A DNA stretch of 63,546 nt, the filler included, from Intoshia linei (taxonomy: Eukaryota > Animalia > Orthonectida), in NCBI GenBank assembly GCA_001642005.1. It is 4 parts of 4 records of this genome, joined end to end, with 100 filler letters (N's around TTAATTAATTAA, not from the genome) between each part and the next. Parts side by side here need not be neighbours in the genome. Positions count along the whole stretch, not along the records: positions 12,452 to 24,459 come from LWCA01001127.1; positions 24,560 to 52,961 come from LWCA01000412.1; 2 more parts are not named here. The stretch is one strand, 5' to 3'. Of the stretch, positions 15,834 through 27,403 are shown one piece after another (the stretch's first letter is position 1; each line of letters begins with the position of its first letter). A program made the position numbers and the translations under genes. The notes under the pieces were generated by a model. The model saw only the letters and a list, made by a program, of their open reading frames with translations, had not been told where the DNA came from and made no database searches.

Positions 15834-16501
15834 TTATAAATGGATAATCCCATAGGCTAGAATCCAGAATAAAACATATGTCTAAATATTAAGATAAAAA
15901 ATTAACATTTTACGGAAATAAATATATAAAGTATTGGATACCTTAGAACAGTGATCATCAACACCTTGAGGGGGCGCGTCATGAAGTGCGCAAATTCATC
16001 AAGTATTGCGCCTTAAATATTTTACTTTTAAAACAATGAACCCTTAACTAAATATTCAATTATTTTGAAAGGTTAAAGGTGTCTTAAGGTTAGGAAAATA
16101 AGATTTAGATTTAAACACTTTTCAATCAAGTGGAAGGATTGGGTAGACCTGATCTAAGCTATCACCAAGAGTTTGATTACTAAAATTCCTCCAAAAACAC
16201 CATCAGAGTAAAATTCCCATTGTGACATAAAATATTGTGAAGGCTTATATTCAATTTCTGAAAGAGTAATCAACTAAAGTATCATAAATGAAATATAAAA
16301 TAAAAAAGATACTGAAACAACAAAGCTAGCAATAAAATAAAACAAGAATCCAGTTATTCCGGTTAAACCAAGAATTCCGGACAGTAGTCCTATTAATATT
16401 GAACCAAACGTTCTGATTTTATTGAGAGAAGCATGATTTGACAATAGATGCGGCAAATGTGTATCATCGTTTGTTTGAATAATTTCAGTTATTGCTTCCA
16501 T
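15834..16501 (-). CDS. EMC6: ER membrane protein complex subunit 6
   Basis: N-terminal exon contains GLLSGILGLTGITGFLFYFIAS. The last exon TYVLFWILAYGIIHL* (stop 15834-15836) matches the conserved EMC6 C-terminus TYVLFWTxxYGxVH. Confidence 0.92.
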
Positions 16502-16650
16502 CAAAATAAAAATTTAATATGAATATATGTTTATTCCATTTGTAATAAAAAATGATTGATTCAAGTTAATTATCCATTTTAAAGGATATTGCGGCTAACA
16601 TTTACTTTATTTAACATTTAGATTTATAAATACACCTTTAGATTTGTATC

Positions 16651-19131
16651 ATGTCTAAATCGTTGAAACTGTTTCAATCGGCTAAATACCGGAGTTACGC
16701 TTTACACGGTACTGTATATTACAGAAATGGCGAGCCGTTAAAATACTTACCATCGCCACATTATCAATGGTCATATTATAACATTACATTGAGCATAGAT
16801 TCGGTAATCAAGGGATTACATCGCATTTTCTTTCAAGATTTATTTGATTTCAATCAATTCGACAAACGATATTTTGAAATGGTCGATGCATGTAATCGTC
16901 GAGGTATTTATGCAAAGTATTTTATTTTTTTTAATTTCATTTTAGATTTCAAAAGCCATGATTCTCTGAATCTCGAAAAAATTCATTATGAAACAGAAGT
17001 CTTGTATAATATGGTAAAATTGTATAAATTGAGTATTTCTACTAGTAAAAAACGTAGTTTTTTCAATAAAAAAGTTAGATTAGTTCCACGGTATAAACTA
17101 TCCAGTTTTTGGAAATCAATTGGTGATTATTCGCTGTCCTTCCGTATTAAACAAATTTTTAATAATTGGATGACTATTCAATTCCATCAATATATATGGA
17201 ACGAAAACGAGATTAAGAAATGTCCTGAAATTTTATTGATAAACGAAAATACTTTAAAAGACAGACTCAATTTTATGGTTGATTTGCTTCCGCCAAATAC
17301 AATTTACCCACCCAATAAACTTCTTAAATCGGTTGGAAAACTTAAAAAGTATTTTGATTCAGATCGTATCGAATTTTATGTACATATGACAGAATTCTAT
17401 CAAAAGCAATTTATTTCTCGAAAGGCTATTCTAAGATTACTATCTACTCATATTCAACCAAAGAAAAAACGATATTTCTTCTCCACTTATTTTAGAATCA
17501 TTTACCTTTTGAAAAGACTACATCAAATTGGATTTTCTTTTAATATCAACGAAGATGAAGAATTGACACATTTCTTGATAGTCCTTACCGTATATATTTT
17601 TATTTATAATCAAGTTTGAAAATTACTTCATTTTCAATAATTTCGTTGTTATACATTGTATATTAGGGATGTAAATTTTAGTAGTTTTTTTTGAAATTTT
17701 ATAGTGCAGGAACGGATAAAGTTGCACATGATAGTTTTATGGCTACACTGAAAAAAAACGATTTTGGAGAATTTTTTTCCGAAACGCTTACTATTTTAAA
17801 AATTTCATACAAAAACTAAAATATAACTTTATTTACTGGAATGTTATGATGAGATATTATAGGTATGTTTTGAATGGTCTTGTGTTGATCGTCATGTTTG
17901 GTTGTTCACTTTGCATCTTTAAATTCAATTCTACCTCATTTATTTTTGTTTTTAATGAAAATTTTTATCAATTAAAAATGATAATTTTAATAAAATTATA
18001 AGAACTTTAAACATGCATAAAATAAAAAGTAAACGAGGTAGAATTCAATTTAAAGATTCAAAGTGAACAACCAAACATGACGATCAACACAAGACCATTC
18101 AAAACATACATACAATAACCAATATTACAACAAGCGTCTTCGCAAATTTCTATCTAATTTAAATATATATTTTTTTTCTATTGTCATTTTTGATTAATTA
18201 CTCAACTTTTTCCGATCCTGCACTTAATTTTTGAAATTTTGTCACTCTTATTGTATATGTTGTTTTGAATTTTTTCCAAAATTTAAAAAAAAAGGATTTT
18301 ATGGGTGATTGTTGATTTTGACTATTTTTTGAAATTTTCATAAAATACCACATTGAAAATAACTTGTCTTAGTTGTATCTGTTTCTTGGATAAGAATTAT
18401 TGGGTTTAAAAATATTTGTTATTGATACATACTTTATGAGATAAATCAGAACTGGGGAAATTGCGGCCTTCGAACAATTTGAATTATTTTATTAATTATA
18501 TAATTAAAATATTAATTTTTGGTAAAATAGGATTTTTGAAAAATCATTTTTCAGTAAAATATTGGTAAAAGCGATTTTTTCCTTAAGCGTTGGTAAATTA
18601 GGTTTTTTCTTTTGGGATTAGATAGAGCGATTTTTGATCTAAAAGTTTGGTAAAAGGGGATTTTTTTCTGAAGGATTGGTAAATTTTGGTTTTTTCTCAT
18701 AAGATTTTACTAAATTGAATAAAATGTGCTAAAAATGTACCCCTTAATAAACCCCATTAACCCCTTAATAAAATTGTTCACCCCATGAGAAGCACTGCTG
18801 TATTTGATTAAATTTTATTTAGAAAGGTGCGACCTCCTAACAGTAAATGCTTCCTCACCTCTGATAGACTGTTCAGATTGTTTATTGAGAAAATAACGGC
18901 CACCTTTTAATTTAAATTATCCAATTTTAGACCAAATATGGAATTGTTGAACGAGCCGAATTGTTTAAAATATATTTATCGAAAATCAATGAAACGCTAA
19001 ACAACTCTGATAAACATTCCTCTCAATTGCAGATAAATTTATCTAAAAATATAAATCTACATCCCCTCATAAAAGAATTGAATTTTAAAAATTTTTGTGT
19101 GTTTATGAAGGAAAATAATTATAAAATTTAA
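16651..19131 (+). CDS. Divergent, probably mitochondrial protein; mTERF-like
   Basis: 322-aa ORF with a presequence-like start (MSKSLKLFQSAKYRS) and an mTERF-repeat-like segment (IKKCPEILLINENTLKDRLNFM). A phase-0 splice 17589->18931 adds the terminal exon TKYGIVERAELF...LNFKNFCVFMKENNYKI*. The family assignment is tentative. Confidence 0.55.
17855..18117. repeat. Foldback element / long inverted repeat (~85-bp arms) in an intron
   Basis: GTATGTTTTGAATGGTCTTGTGTTGATCGTCATGTTTGGTTGTTCACTTTG... at 17863 has its near-perfect reverse complement ending at 18109. Confidence 0.9.
18500..18797 (-). mobile_element. hAT-type MITE fragment (same family as 3142)
   Basis: Ends CATGAGAAGCACTG; carries the TTGGTAAAA subrepeats. 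Confidence 0.65.
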
Positions 19132-19193
19132 TGTGTGTAAATTTTATAAATTTAAATAAATATATATAATTTATAGATATTGTAAATATAATT

Positions 19194-22100
19194 TTAATAT
19201 TTTGATTTTAAATAATTTGTATCTTGCAATTTATTTACTAGTTTTTTTGCCTTCTCAATTTCGTTATAAAGTCGATTGTAGGATTCATTATCAAATTGTA
19301 ATTTTTTTGAGAGTTTATTTGATATTATATCTTTCTGTCGATTAAATGCATCTGGGTAGAGATACTCCTGTAATTATAAAGTTTAAATTATATATCGGAT
19401 ATTTTCAAAATTTCAAGTGAAAGTACCATAGTCCCTATGGCGTAGGGTGTCAACTTTTTTTGTTTTTTTTGTTTTTTGATAAACGTGTAGATTTAAATTG
19501 AATTAAAATATTTTTTTAGGCATATAGCCGTAAAAAATTTATAAAAATAATCATAAACGAATTCGCGGTGCACATTTTAATATTTACAATGAAAAAAAAT
19601 TATATTTTACACTAATTTATTTTTTAATTATTTTAATATGTCTCAAAGAAATGGAAACATTATCATTGGAAATTATATTTCAATGATAAGAAAATACCTA
19701 CAGTAATAAATGTATTGCAGAGGTTATTATGGTTAAAAGAAACAAAGAAGGTACACCCATTTTGACAAATATCAAAAGAAATTCTTTCCATTTTTATTAA
19801 AACTACCTTAAATATAACATCATTAATTAAAATTGAATATAAAATCAAAAAATTGTTTGGTGAATATCGAATTATTCTACGACATCCAACATTACCTAGA
19901 GCTCAAGTATATCGTAATAAATTAGATAATATTTTTTCAGTCGCAAAAGATGATCAATCTAAGACATCCTTTGAGAATATTGAATTCCTTAATTTTCAAA
20001 ATCATGGAATTGGTTCAATGACAGCTACTACTATAAATCATCCATACTTGGAATCAATTAGAAAATCCATTGATATCGAAAACAAATCGAAAGAGAAAAT
20101 GGAAATTATAAAAAACATTACACTGCTATACATTCTAACAAAGACTCAATTTATTCTACAGATGATGATACGGCTTCTTGTGATTCGTCCAACCTAAAAA
20201 AAATCTTCATGGTGGTCATGTGATAAAAAATGTTTCACTCCGTGGAGCTGCAGATTTGCTTGGTATATGTCACGAAAAAATTAGAAAAAAAAAAAAAGAA
20301 AGTATCGTGCAGATAGTAAAGTATCCAAAATTGGATTTGAAATTAATTCAACCCAGACGTTATTGATAGAAAGAAACGCAGAAATATACGAAATGATTAT
20401 GAGGAATGATGTAAACAATGTTTACTAAACATGCCATTACCATTATCTAAGGATCAAATATTAAACTTTTAAAGCCAGGTTGTTTGTGATGCAAGATGTA
20501 TGAACAAAGTTATTGAAATTACATTTAAGTTCTGGTTAACGAGCTTTCTGTATTTTAAACATTTTATATTCTAAAAAATCGATGTTTCGTTTAGTTATTT
20601 GTCTTATATACATCAATAATATAATTATATGAAATATCATAACTAAATAAGTTTAGATGAATATAACGTTTTAATAATATGAATAAAAGTTAATTTAAAA
20701 TTTAACAGTAAAAATTATTATATTATATAATTATTATATATTTTTATATTATTTTTATTACAATATTATTTATATTAAAAGTGAAACTTTAAATGCTCAA
20801 TCGAATTCAATATTAATTTCTATAAAATTTAAACGGTATTCTTTAAATGAAATAATTTAAATTGATATTGTTGCTACGTTTCAATTTTAAAAAAAGTTGA
20901 TACCCTAAAGCAGCGTTCGGTAAACTTATTTCTAACGCAGGCCACATTGACCATGTCGCGGACCGCAAATTTCGTGAGTACATATAAAACAATTTAAATT
21001 GATGAAATTCTATTTTGGCTTGTAAATTTGATTGTATTTTTTAATTATTAAAATGTCAAAATTCCATTTGAATAATTAACAATTATTGTTTTTAGAGTGC
21101 ATTTTAATTATTAATTATGTTTATTATTAAGTTTCAAAATTGTACGTATTTATAATTATATTTATACAAACAATAAAAGAAAATTTGATCAAATTTAAAC
21201 AAAAATTAACCTATTATTGATAAATAATACTTTTAATCGATTNTCAAATTTAAACAAAAATTAACCTATTATTGATAAATAATACTTTTAATCGATTTCG
21301 TAAATTGCTAAAATTTTGGAAAAATATTTAATTTTATTTTTGATATAATCAACCAAAAAAATTAATTTTCATATCATTTTTCTCAGTTTAATTCAATTAA
21401 AAATGATCAGTTTTTATATTCAATAATGGTTGAGGTAGGAACATTTAATCTATTGTGTAAAAGCTGAAATATTCTTCTTTACAACAATATTTTATTGACC
21501 AAACGGAATGTTGACACAGTGTCATATTTGAAAAAACATTATGCAATAGTGCAATCTAATGGAATACCAAAGATATTTTATGACATGCCATAAAATTTGT
21601 ACTCCACATTAGCTTAATATAGTTCGGCAAACTTTTTGTTTGAGGGCTACATCGCGGGCCATAGTTTGACGAACGCTGCCCTAAAGTATACTTATATAAC
21701 AAATTTTGCTTATTCCGGTAAAAAATTTTTTATCGATGCAGGGCTATTTTAATATAAGGATAATGTAACAATGTAGTTTCGTAGGGATTATTTCCTCGTT
21801 TAATAATCGTTTTAAATTAAATTTACAAAAATGAGCCCCATTTTACAAACTTTTTGTAGATATACCGATTGTTTTCCTGAACCTTAACATCAAAAATATT
21901 GTGATTGAACCCTTCGACAGTGTAAAAGTCGAATTCATTATTTATTATCATTTTAACAATTTATTAATTATTTGTGGAAAATTATCATTATTGCAAATAA
22001 AAAACCTGTTTAGTTGAAAGATAGTAAGCTAGCATAGTCATTCCAGTTGCATATGTAACAAAATATGTAACGGGTTCCATTATATCCCATGAATATTCCC

Positions 22101-22983
22101 ACCATGTTAATCTTGCTAAAAATCCAAATTGCAAAGCTTGAACTAAGCGTAAAATTTTAGATTTAAAATGTAAAATTTAAAAAAATTTACTTGCTAACGC
22201 AGACCAAGCTATTATGCGAGTTTTTTTATAAGAATTTTGACAAATTTCTTTTTGTTTCTAATAAATGTATATTTTTGTTTTGACAATGGCATATATAAGT
22301 TGAATAACCTTCAAATATGGTTCAATTTCCTCTTCAAGAAGAACAATGCGTTCAATTGCTTCTTGTTTAAGCGTTAAATTGTGATTTTGAACAGATATTG
22401 AATTATTTATTCCCTCAATAGCATTGATATTGTATGAAACACTATTTTTATAGTCAATGTCATGAAGTTTCAAAACAAATGGTTCTCTATATAAAACGGA
22501 TAATTTTGTTCGGAAAGATATTTTAGTTCCATCTAAACTGTTAATAATAATTTAATTCAGAAACGAATTTTAAAAATTGTAAATTTTGTATTTGTGTAGG
22601 TTAGTTCACCTTCTCTATGAGCTTCAATTTTATTGACAGATGAATCTTCGAAACGAATATCACTTTGGAGGTTATCTAGGGTGTCAGAAGTATCGTTAGA
22701 TAATTCAACAGGTAATTTATCTGTTAATAATGGTATTTTTATCACAATTTTATTTGCTCCAAATGTAGGGATAATAGAATCTAGGATAAAATTTAATTTA
22801 AATTTGATAAAAAGTACTGTGGTTGGATAAATTGCGAAAATAATTAATATTAACATTTCCAATATTTTGACTATATTTAAAAAAACTGGAATAATGTTTG
22901 TAACTTTGTGGTTTCAGGGTAGATACATTTTTCTTAATCAGATTAAATTTTTTTGATAGTTGCATGAACCTTTGTAAAAACAT
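19194..22983 (-). CDS. MCU: Mitochondrial calcium uniporter (multi-exon)
   Basis: [27 protein letters not shown] (DIME selectivity motif) at ~22040-22130. Last exon [11 protein letters not shown]...FDNESYNRL...KY* with stop at 19194-19196. Presequence-like start [13 protein letters not shown]. Confidence 0.95.
19443..20907 (+). mobile_element. hATm-like transposon with a decayed transposase, inside the last MCU intron
   Basis: TIRs TAGGGTGTCAACTTTTTT/AAAAAAGTTGATACCCTA. The interrupted [15 protein letters not shown]...ISKEILSIF...[10 protein letters not shown]...[10 protein letters not shown] resembles the same N-terminal domain as ORF 77..337. No TSD recognisable. Confidence 0.65.
20911..21678. 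mobile_element. hAT MITE with a perfect 8-bp TSD
   Basis: TIRs CAGCGTTCGGTAAACT/AGTTTGACGAACGCTG; TSD CCCTAAAG at 20903-20910 and 21679-21686. Confidence 0.88.
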
Positions 22984-24243
22984 TTTGTTTCTTAAAATAA
23001 ATGTACACTTGAATTGTGTTTACATTAACTACACTGCTTTAATGTATTCAATTGTATTTACATTCAAAATTTGTGTAATGTACAATGTACATCTGTATTT
23101 TAAAAATAAATTAACTTTACGAATTTGTAAGTAAGACACATTTATCTATAGAATTGTAACATCACATTTCAATATATTTGATAATTATTAACATGTTATC
23201 TATTTGACAAATAAACTTTATGTCATTTTTTATTTGTCATTGTTGATTAATTATTATTAACTTAATTTTAAGTAATCAACATTAATCATTTAGTACTAGA
23301 TTTTAATGTAACTCGGAACATTTCCCGTACTTCCATTTAGCGATACCTATTCATAATTGTAACATGTTAGTTTTCATAAGCGTGCCATGTCATTCCTTTT
23401 AGTAGTAATCGATACAGGTATTGGTATTTAAATCAATAATTAAAATTTACAACTGAGGAAATGATGGGGAAATTTTAAAAGTATAATTTAATAATTTTTT
23501 ACAGTATCATTAGGGTAGTATAAACATTCTAATTTTAAATTTAAGGATGAATTACCCGATATATATTTAATACACACTTAAAGTAGTTATAGGCAATAAT
23601 GTATTACTAAAACATTTTAATAGGACATCTTTTATTATTAAAACATTGAAACCTTTACTAATGAGAATAAATCAATAACTTACACTGCAACTCTTAGATG
23701 TAGATCAACCCAAAAATTATATCTAATTACTATAAATTAAATAATTACATTAAATTTCGATAATTTAATTCCAAATTAATGTAAAGTTTTTTAAATAAGT
23801 TTTTAAGATAATTTCAATCAAAATAACTTGATTGGAAATTGAAAACAAAATTGAATAAATATTACCTGTAGCAAAAATATTATAAATTGCAACATTAAAA
23901 TCTACATTGCGGTATTTGTAGACCATTTTTCGATGAAAATTTTGTAGGGTTTTTAAGGGAATATTTTTTAACATTTCAAGGTATCTTTAAAATCTTTAAA
24001 AATTGGGTAAAAAAGTTCCTTTAAACCCCATTCAAAATTTTTGTCGAAAAATTATCATAAAAATCTTAAATTTTTTTTTTTTTTATTTATTTTTTTCTTT
24101 TGGGATCAGATAGAGTATTTTTTGTTTTAAAAGTTTCTTTTTAAATTTCAATTTTCTCTCGCTAGGCACTGCCTACCCTGCCTAATATATATGTATAACG
24201 AGGTAGTCATTATGGAGTCCTGATTATTCGAAAATTTGAAAAA

Positions 24244-24303
24244 CCGGTTATCAAATAATTCCGGTTATCAAATAATTCCGGTTATCAAATAATTCCGGTT
24301 ATT
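24244..24303. repeat. Short tandem repeat, 17-bp unit CCGGTTATCAAATAATT, about 3.5 copies
   Basis: Three exact units plus a partial unit are directly visible. Confidence 0.9.
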
Positions 24304-24589
24304 TGAACAACGATTATCCGATTAATCGGAATTTAAAATTTTTGACATAAAAACCAATAATCCTTAGTTATATAATATGCTACGCGATTTTTGTTTGTGT
24401 GTTCAACTTTATTGAAATAACTACCAGTCTTAGAATTTTATAAAGTCCACATTTCAATTNNNNNNNNNNNNNNNNNNNNNNNNNNNNNNNNNNNNNNNNN
24501 NNNTTAATTAATTAANNNNNNNNNNNNNNNNNNNNNNNNNNNNNNNNNNNNNNNNNNNNATTCTTAATAATTTATTGATGTGAACCGAA

Positions 24590-24841
24590 TTATCCCTGAG
24601 CGGCAAGCAAAATGTAAAATGTTGACACCCTAATGTTCATGAGTCTATTGAAATAATCATTTATAGATTCATTATTTTTTTGCATCATCTTAAATATATT
24701 GACCTCTGCAATAAATGTTGAAATCGACATAAAACCCTTAGCCAAACTTTCAAGGGCCTCACTCGGTTTAATTGTCGCATTATCCATACGCATAAGACAT
24801 AATTTTACAAAATCATTAATTGTTGACTGTTCTTTCAACAT
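24590..24841 (-). mobile_element. LTR-retrotransposon gag-like fragment
   Basis: FKMMQKNNESINDYFNRL fits the Q..xEs..dY..Rl motif of retrotransposon Gag capsid domains. Confidence 0.5.
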
Positions 24842-25472
24842 TTTCTATTGATCAGCTTGATTTGTCGATAACATCTTCATTTGGACTTTTAATAGTTTAT
24901 CATTAATCATGAATAATAAAATTGTTTTGTAATGATTTGATGTCAAAAGGTATTAAGATTTTGAGATTTTAAAAAGAATAAATTTTTTGAGATAAAAAAA
25001 CAATTTTAAGTATATCGATAATAAATATATCTATAACAATGAAGAGTACTTCATTACAATAATTCATTATATTTTACTATTTACTTGCTATATTTTGCTA
25101 CAAAACTGTCATATCATCTGAATTCTGGTAAACGTGTCAAATTTAAATATATTTAGAAAATGAAGATGATTTAGAATTTGTTCCAAAATCTTGAAACATT
25201 CGAAAATATTGATGATTTGGAATGTTTTGAGGGAAGTCCTGGAATTCATGTAAACACTCAAATTGTGAGGTTAGATTTTTAGAATTATTTCTAACTCCAT
25301 ACTTACTATTATAATAGAAACAAATGAAAACATTATAATTGCAAAAAGCAACGATAAAAATGTGAAAGGCATTAAAATTGTACATATTAGCTAAATCCCA
25401 AACTTCATATATCTGCAATTTTATTGTCTGAAATGGCAAGAAGTAAAAAGTGGACGATATTGTTACTAAATT

Positions 25473-26573
25473 GATGGAACCCTACCAAAATGTATATCAT
25501 CATGTCTATATGGACAGATATTATAACTGTACATTTGTTTAGTGCATTTGAAAGACTGGAACGCTTATCCTAACTCGATGAAGGAAAACAAACTTTGGAT
25601 ACGGATTGTGTTTGTTCACTCAGGCATTGGTGGAATAAGAGGCATGGCACTAACCAGATTCCTAATAAGGCAATTCCCAGATGGGATAACATAATCTCTA
25701 TCTTTTTGGAAGGGAATTTATGATCATTCAAATAATCCAGAATTCAAAACATTAATATTAAGAACACTTAGATTTCACATTCGTAGTTTTTCTCCAAATG
25801 ACATCTAAATTAAAAACCCAGGGTCTATAAACACGTTCAGCTTAGCTTCAGTATCCAGTATAATAAAGGAATCTGTCAAAAAGGAAATCATTAATCGAAC
25901 ATCCACTATCAAGAATATATTAATAAAGGACAGTATCGAAATGACGCATAGATCGGTAGATACATTTCTCAATTATCTTTATAAAATAAAGCCTTTCTTT
26001 CCTCGTTTCTTATCCAGTTTTTTCGGATCCACCCTTTATGGATACACCGATGCGATTGATAGCACCATTCAAAATGCATCAACTATCAGACTATCTTTTA
26101 CACGGATATTATCAGTAATAGTCTATTTAAGATTGTTGAAAACTGAAGCCACAATTATAAAAAACCTAGAATCCAACAAAGGAGAGATATTTAATATTTG
26201 GGACTGTTCTTCTTCATTTGCGGATCAATTGAGGACCCAGTCATGGGGAAAACCGCTGTTAGGTGTCACCGTTCCTCATCCGTACTAGATGTTTTCGACT
26301 TTGTCTCTAATACGTAAATGTTCACAACTTGACATAAATAGGTCACACATTACATTAATTACAACATGTCCTCGATTAAAGAAAGATAAACTATTAGGAG
26401 ACTGCGTACCTTATTTAGGATCGTCAACTTCAAGAAGTACCTCTGTATTTAAAAAGTGGGAAAGAACCTCTGATTAAGACCTACTAAGCAAAAGATTAAA
26501 ATTATTAGAAAGTATAAACTGGTTCATCGATCCAGATACTAATCTTCATAACATCCTTATCAATAATTTTTGA
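25473..26573 (+). pseudogene. Endogenous viral element: rhabdovirus-like L protein fragment (end of RdRp plus N-terminal part of the PRNTase capping domain)
   Basis: One reading frame with in-frame stops (25524, 25692, 25806, 26286, 26475) encodes [76 protein letters not shown] (GxxT motif), KWER and INWFIDPD. These blocks are collinear with vesiculovirus L ([30 protein letters not shown]...FPRFLS...WTCSATHADTLRYKSWG...GTTVPHP...YLGSKTS...WFVEPD). Confidence 0.93.
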
Positions 26574-26574
26574 T

Positions 26575-26810
26575 AAGTGTGATAAATGCTCTAGGGCGAA
26601 AGATGGACGTACGAAACATTCAATCACGCTGAGACCAGTTAAATTAAAAAAGGTGCACGAGTTATGGCAATCAAATTTTATAGGTCCATTTGTAGTTAGT
26701 AAAAATGGTAATAAATTTGCTTTAGTAATAATTAATCATTACTCGAAATGGCCTGAAACAAGTGGTGTCGCAACGATGAGCGAGAAGAACGACGAAAGCG
26801 CGATAATTTA
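26575..26810 (+). mobile_element. Ty3/gypsy-type integrase fragment
   Basis: KCDKCSRAK (CxxC of the HHCC zinc finger) is followed by LRPV...ELWQSNFIGPFVVSKNGNKFALVIINHYSKWPE, the start of the integrase core, with the first catalytic Asp changed to Asn. Confidence 0.85.
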
Positions 26811-27403
26811 TTGAACCTTATTGAGGAGGCAGAAGAAATTGAATATAGACGACGACAATAGTGATAGTGATAATAGTGAATAGTAGCATTTTTGATTTAG
26901 ATTTTTATTGAGTTGATTTTTTTAATAGAATAAAATTTTTGTCCGCCCTCGACAAATTTAGATGCTATTTGTACTATATACATAACAGTCCACCTAGCAA
27001 AGATATACAGAATAAAAATACCTTATAAATAACTAAATTAACCAATTTTTCAAGAAATAAAAGCAAAAATTGAATATCATATACATTTTGAACCAAGATA
27101 CGATTTTTGAACATTTCTTTAGTTTGTGAATCAACCTAATTCACATTTAAGTTTTACTTCAAGTATATATATTTTTTGGTACATTCATTTTATCAATATG
27201 ATATGTTGAATAATTGTCTCCAATATTTATAATTATCACTGCGTAATTTGTTTTTGATAATATCAACTCTATAGAATCACGCGTTATCTAAAATGAACAA
27301 GTTTCAATGCAAGTTACCTTAAATCAATTAAAAAAAAAGGACAATGGAAAGATTGTCATCTAAAGCCCAAACCTATTCAATTTTGAACTAACCATAAGAT
27401 ATA

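Noticed and set aside
21189-21298. Exact ~54-bp direct repeat
   Set aside because: The copies flank a single N, indicating an unmerged contig overlap.
24244-24303. CRISPR-like repeat
   Set aside because: The units are contiguous with no spacers, the context is eukaryotic, and there are no cas genes.
25473-26573. Intact or domesticated viral polymerase gene, or stop-codon reassignment
   Set aside because: Five in-frame stops, no GDN catalytic motif and no HR motif. Host genes in the window end normally at TAA/TGA.
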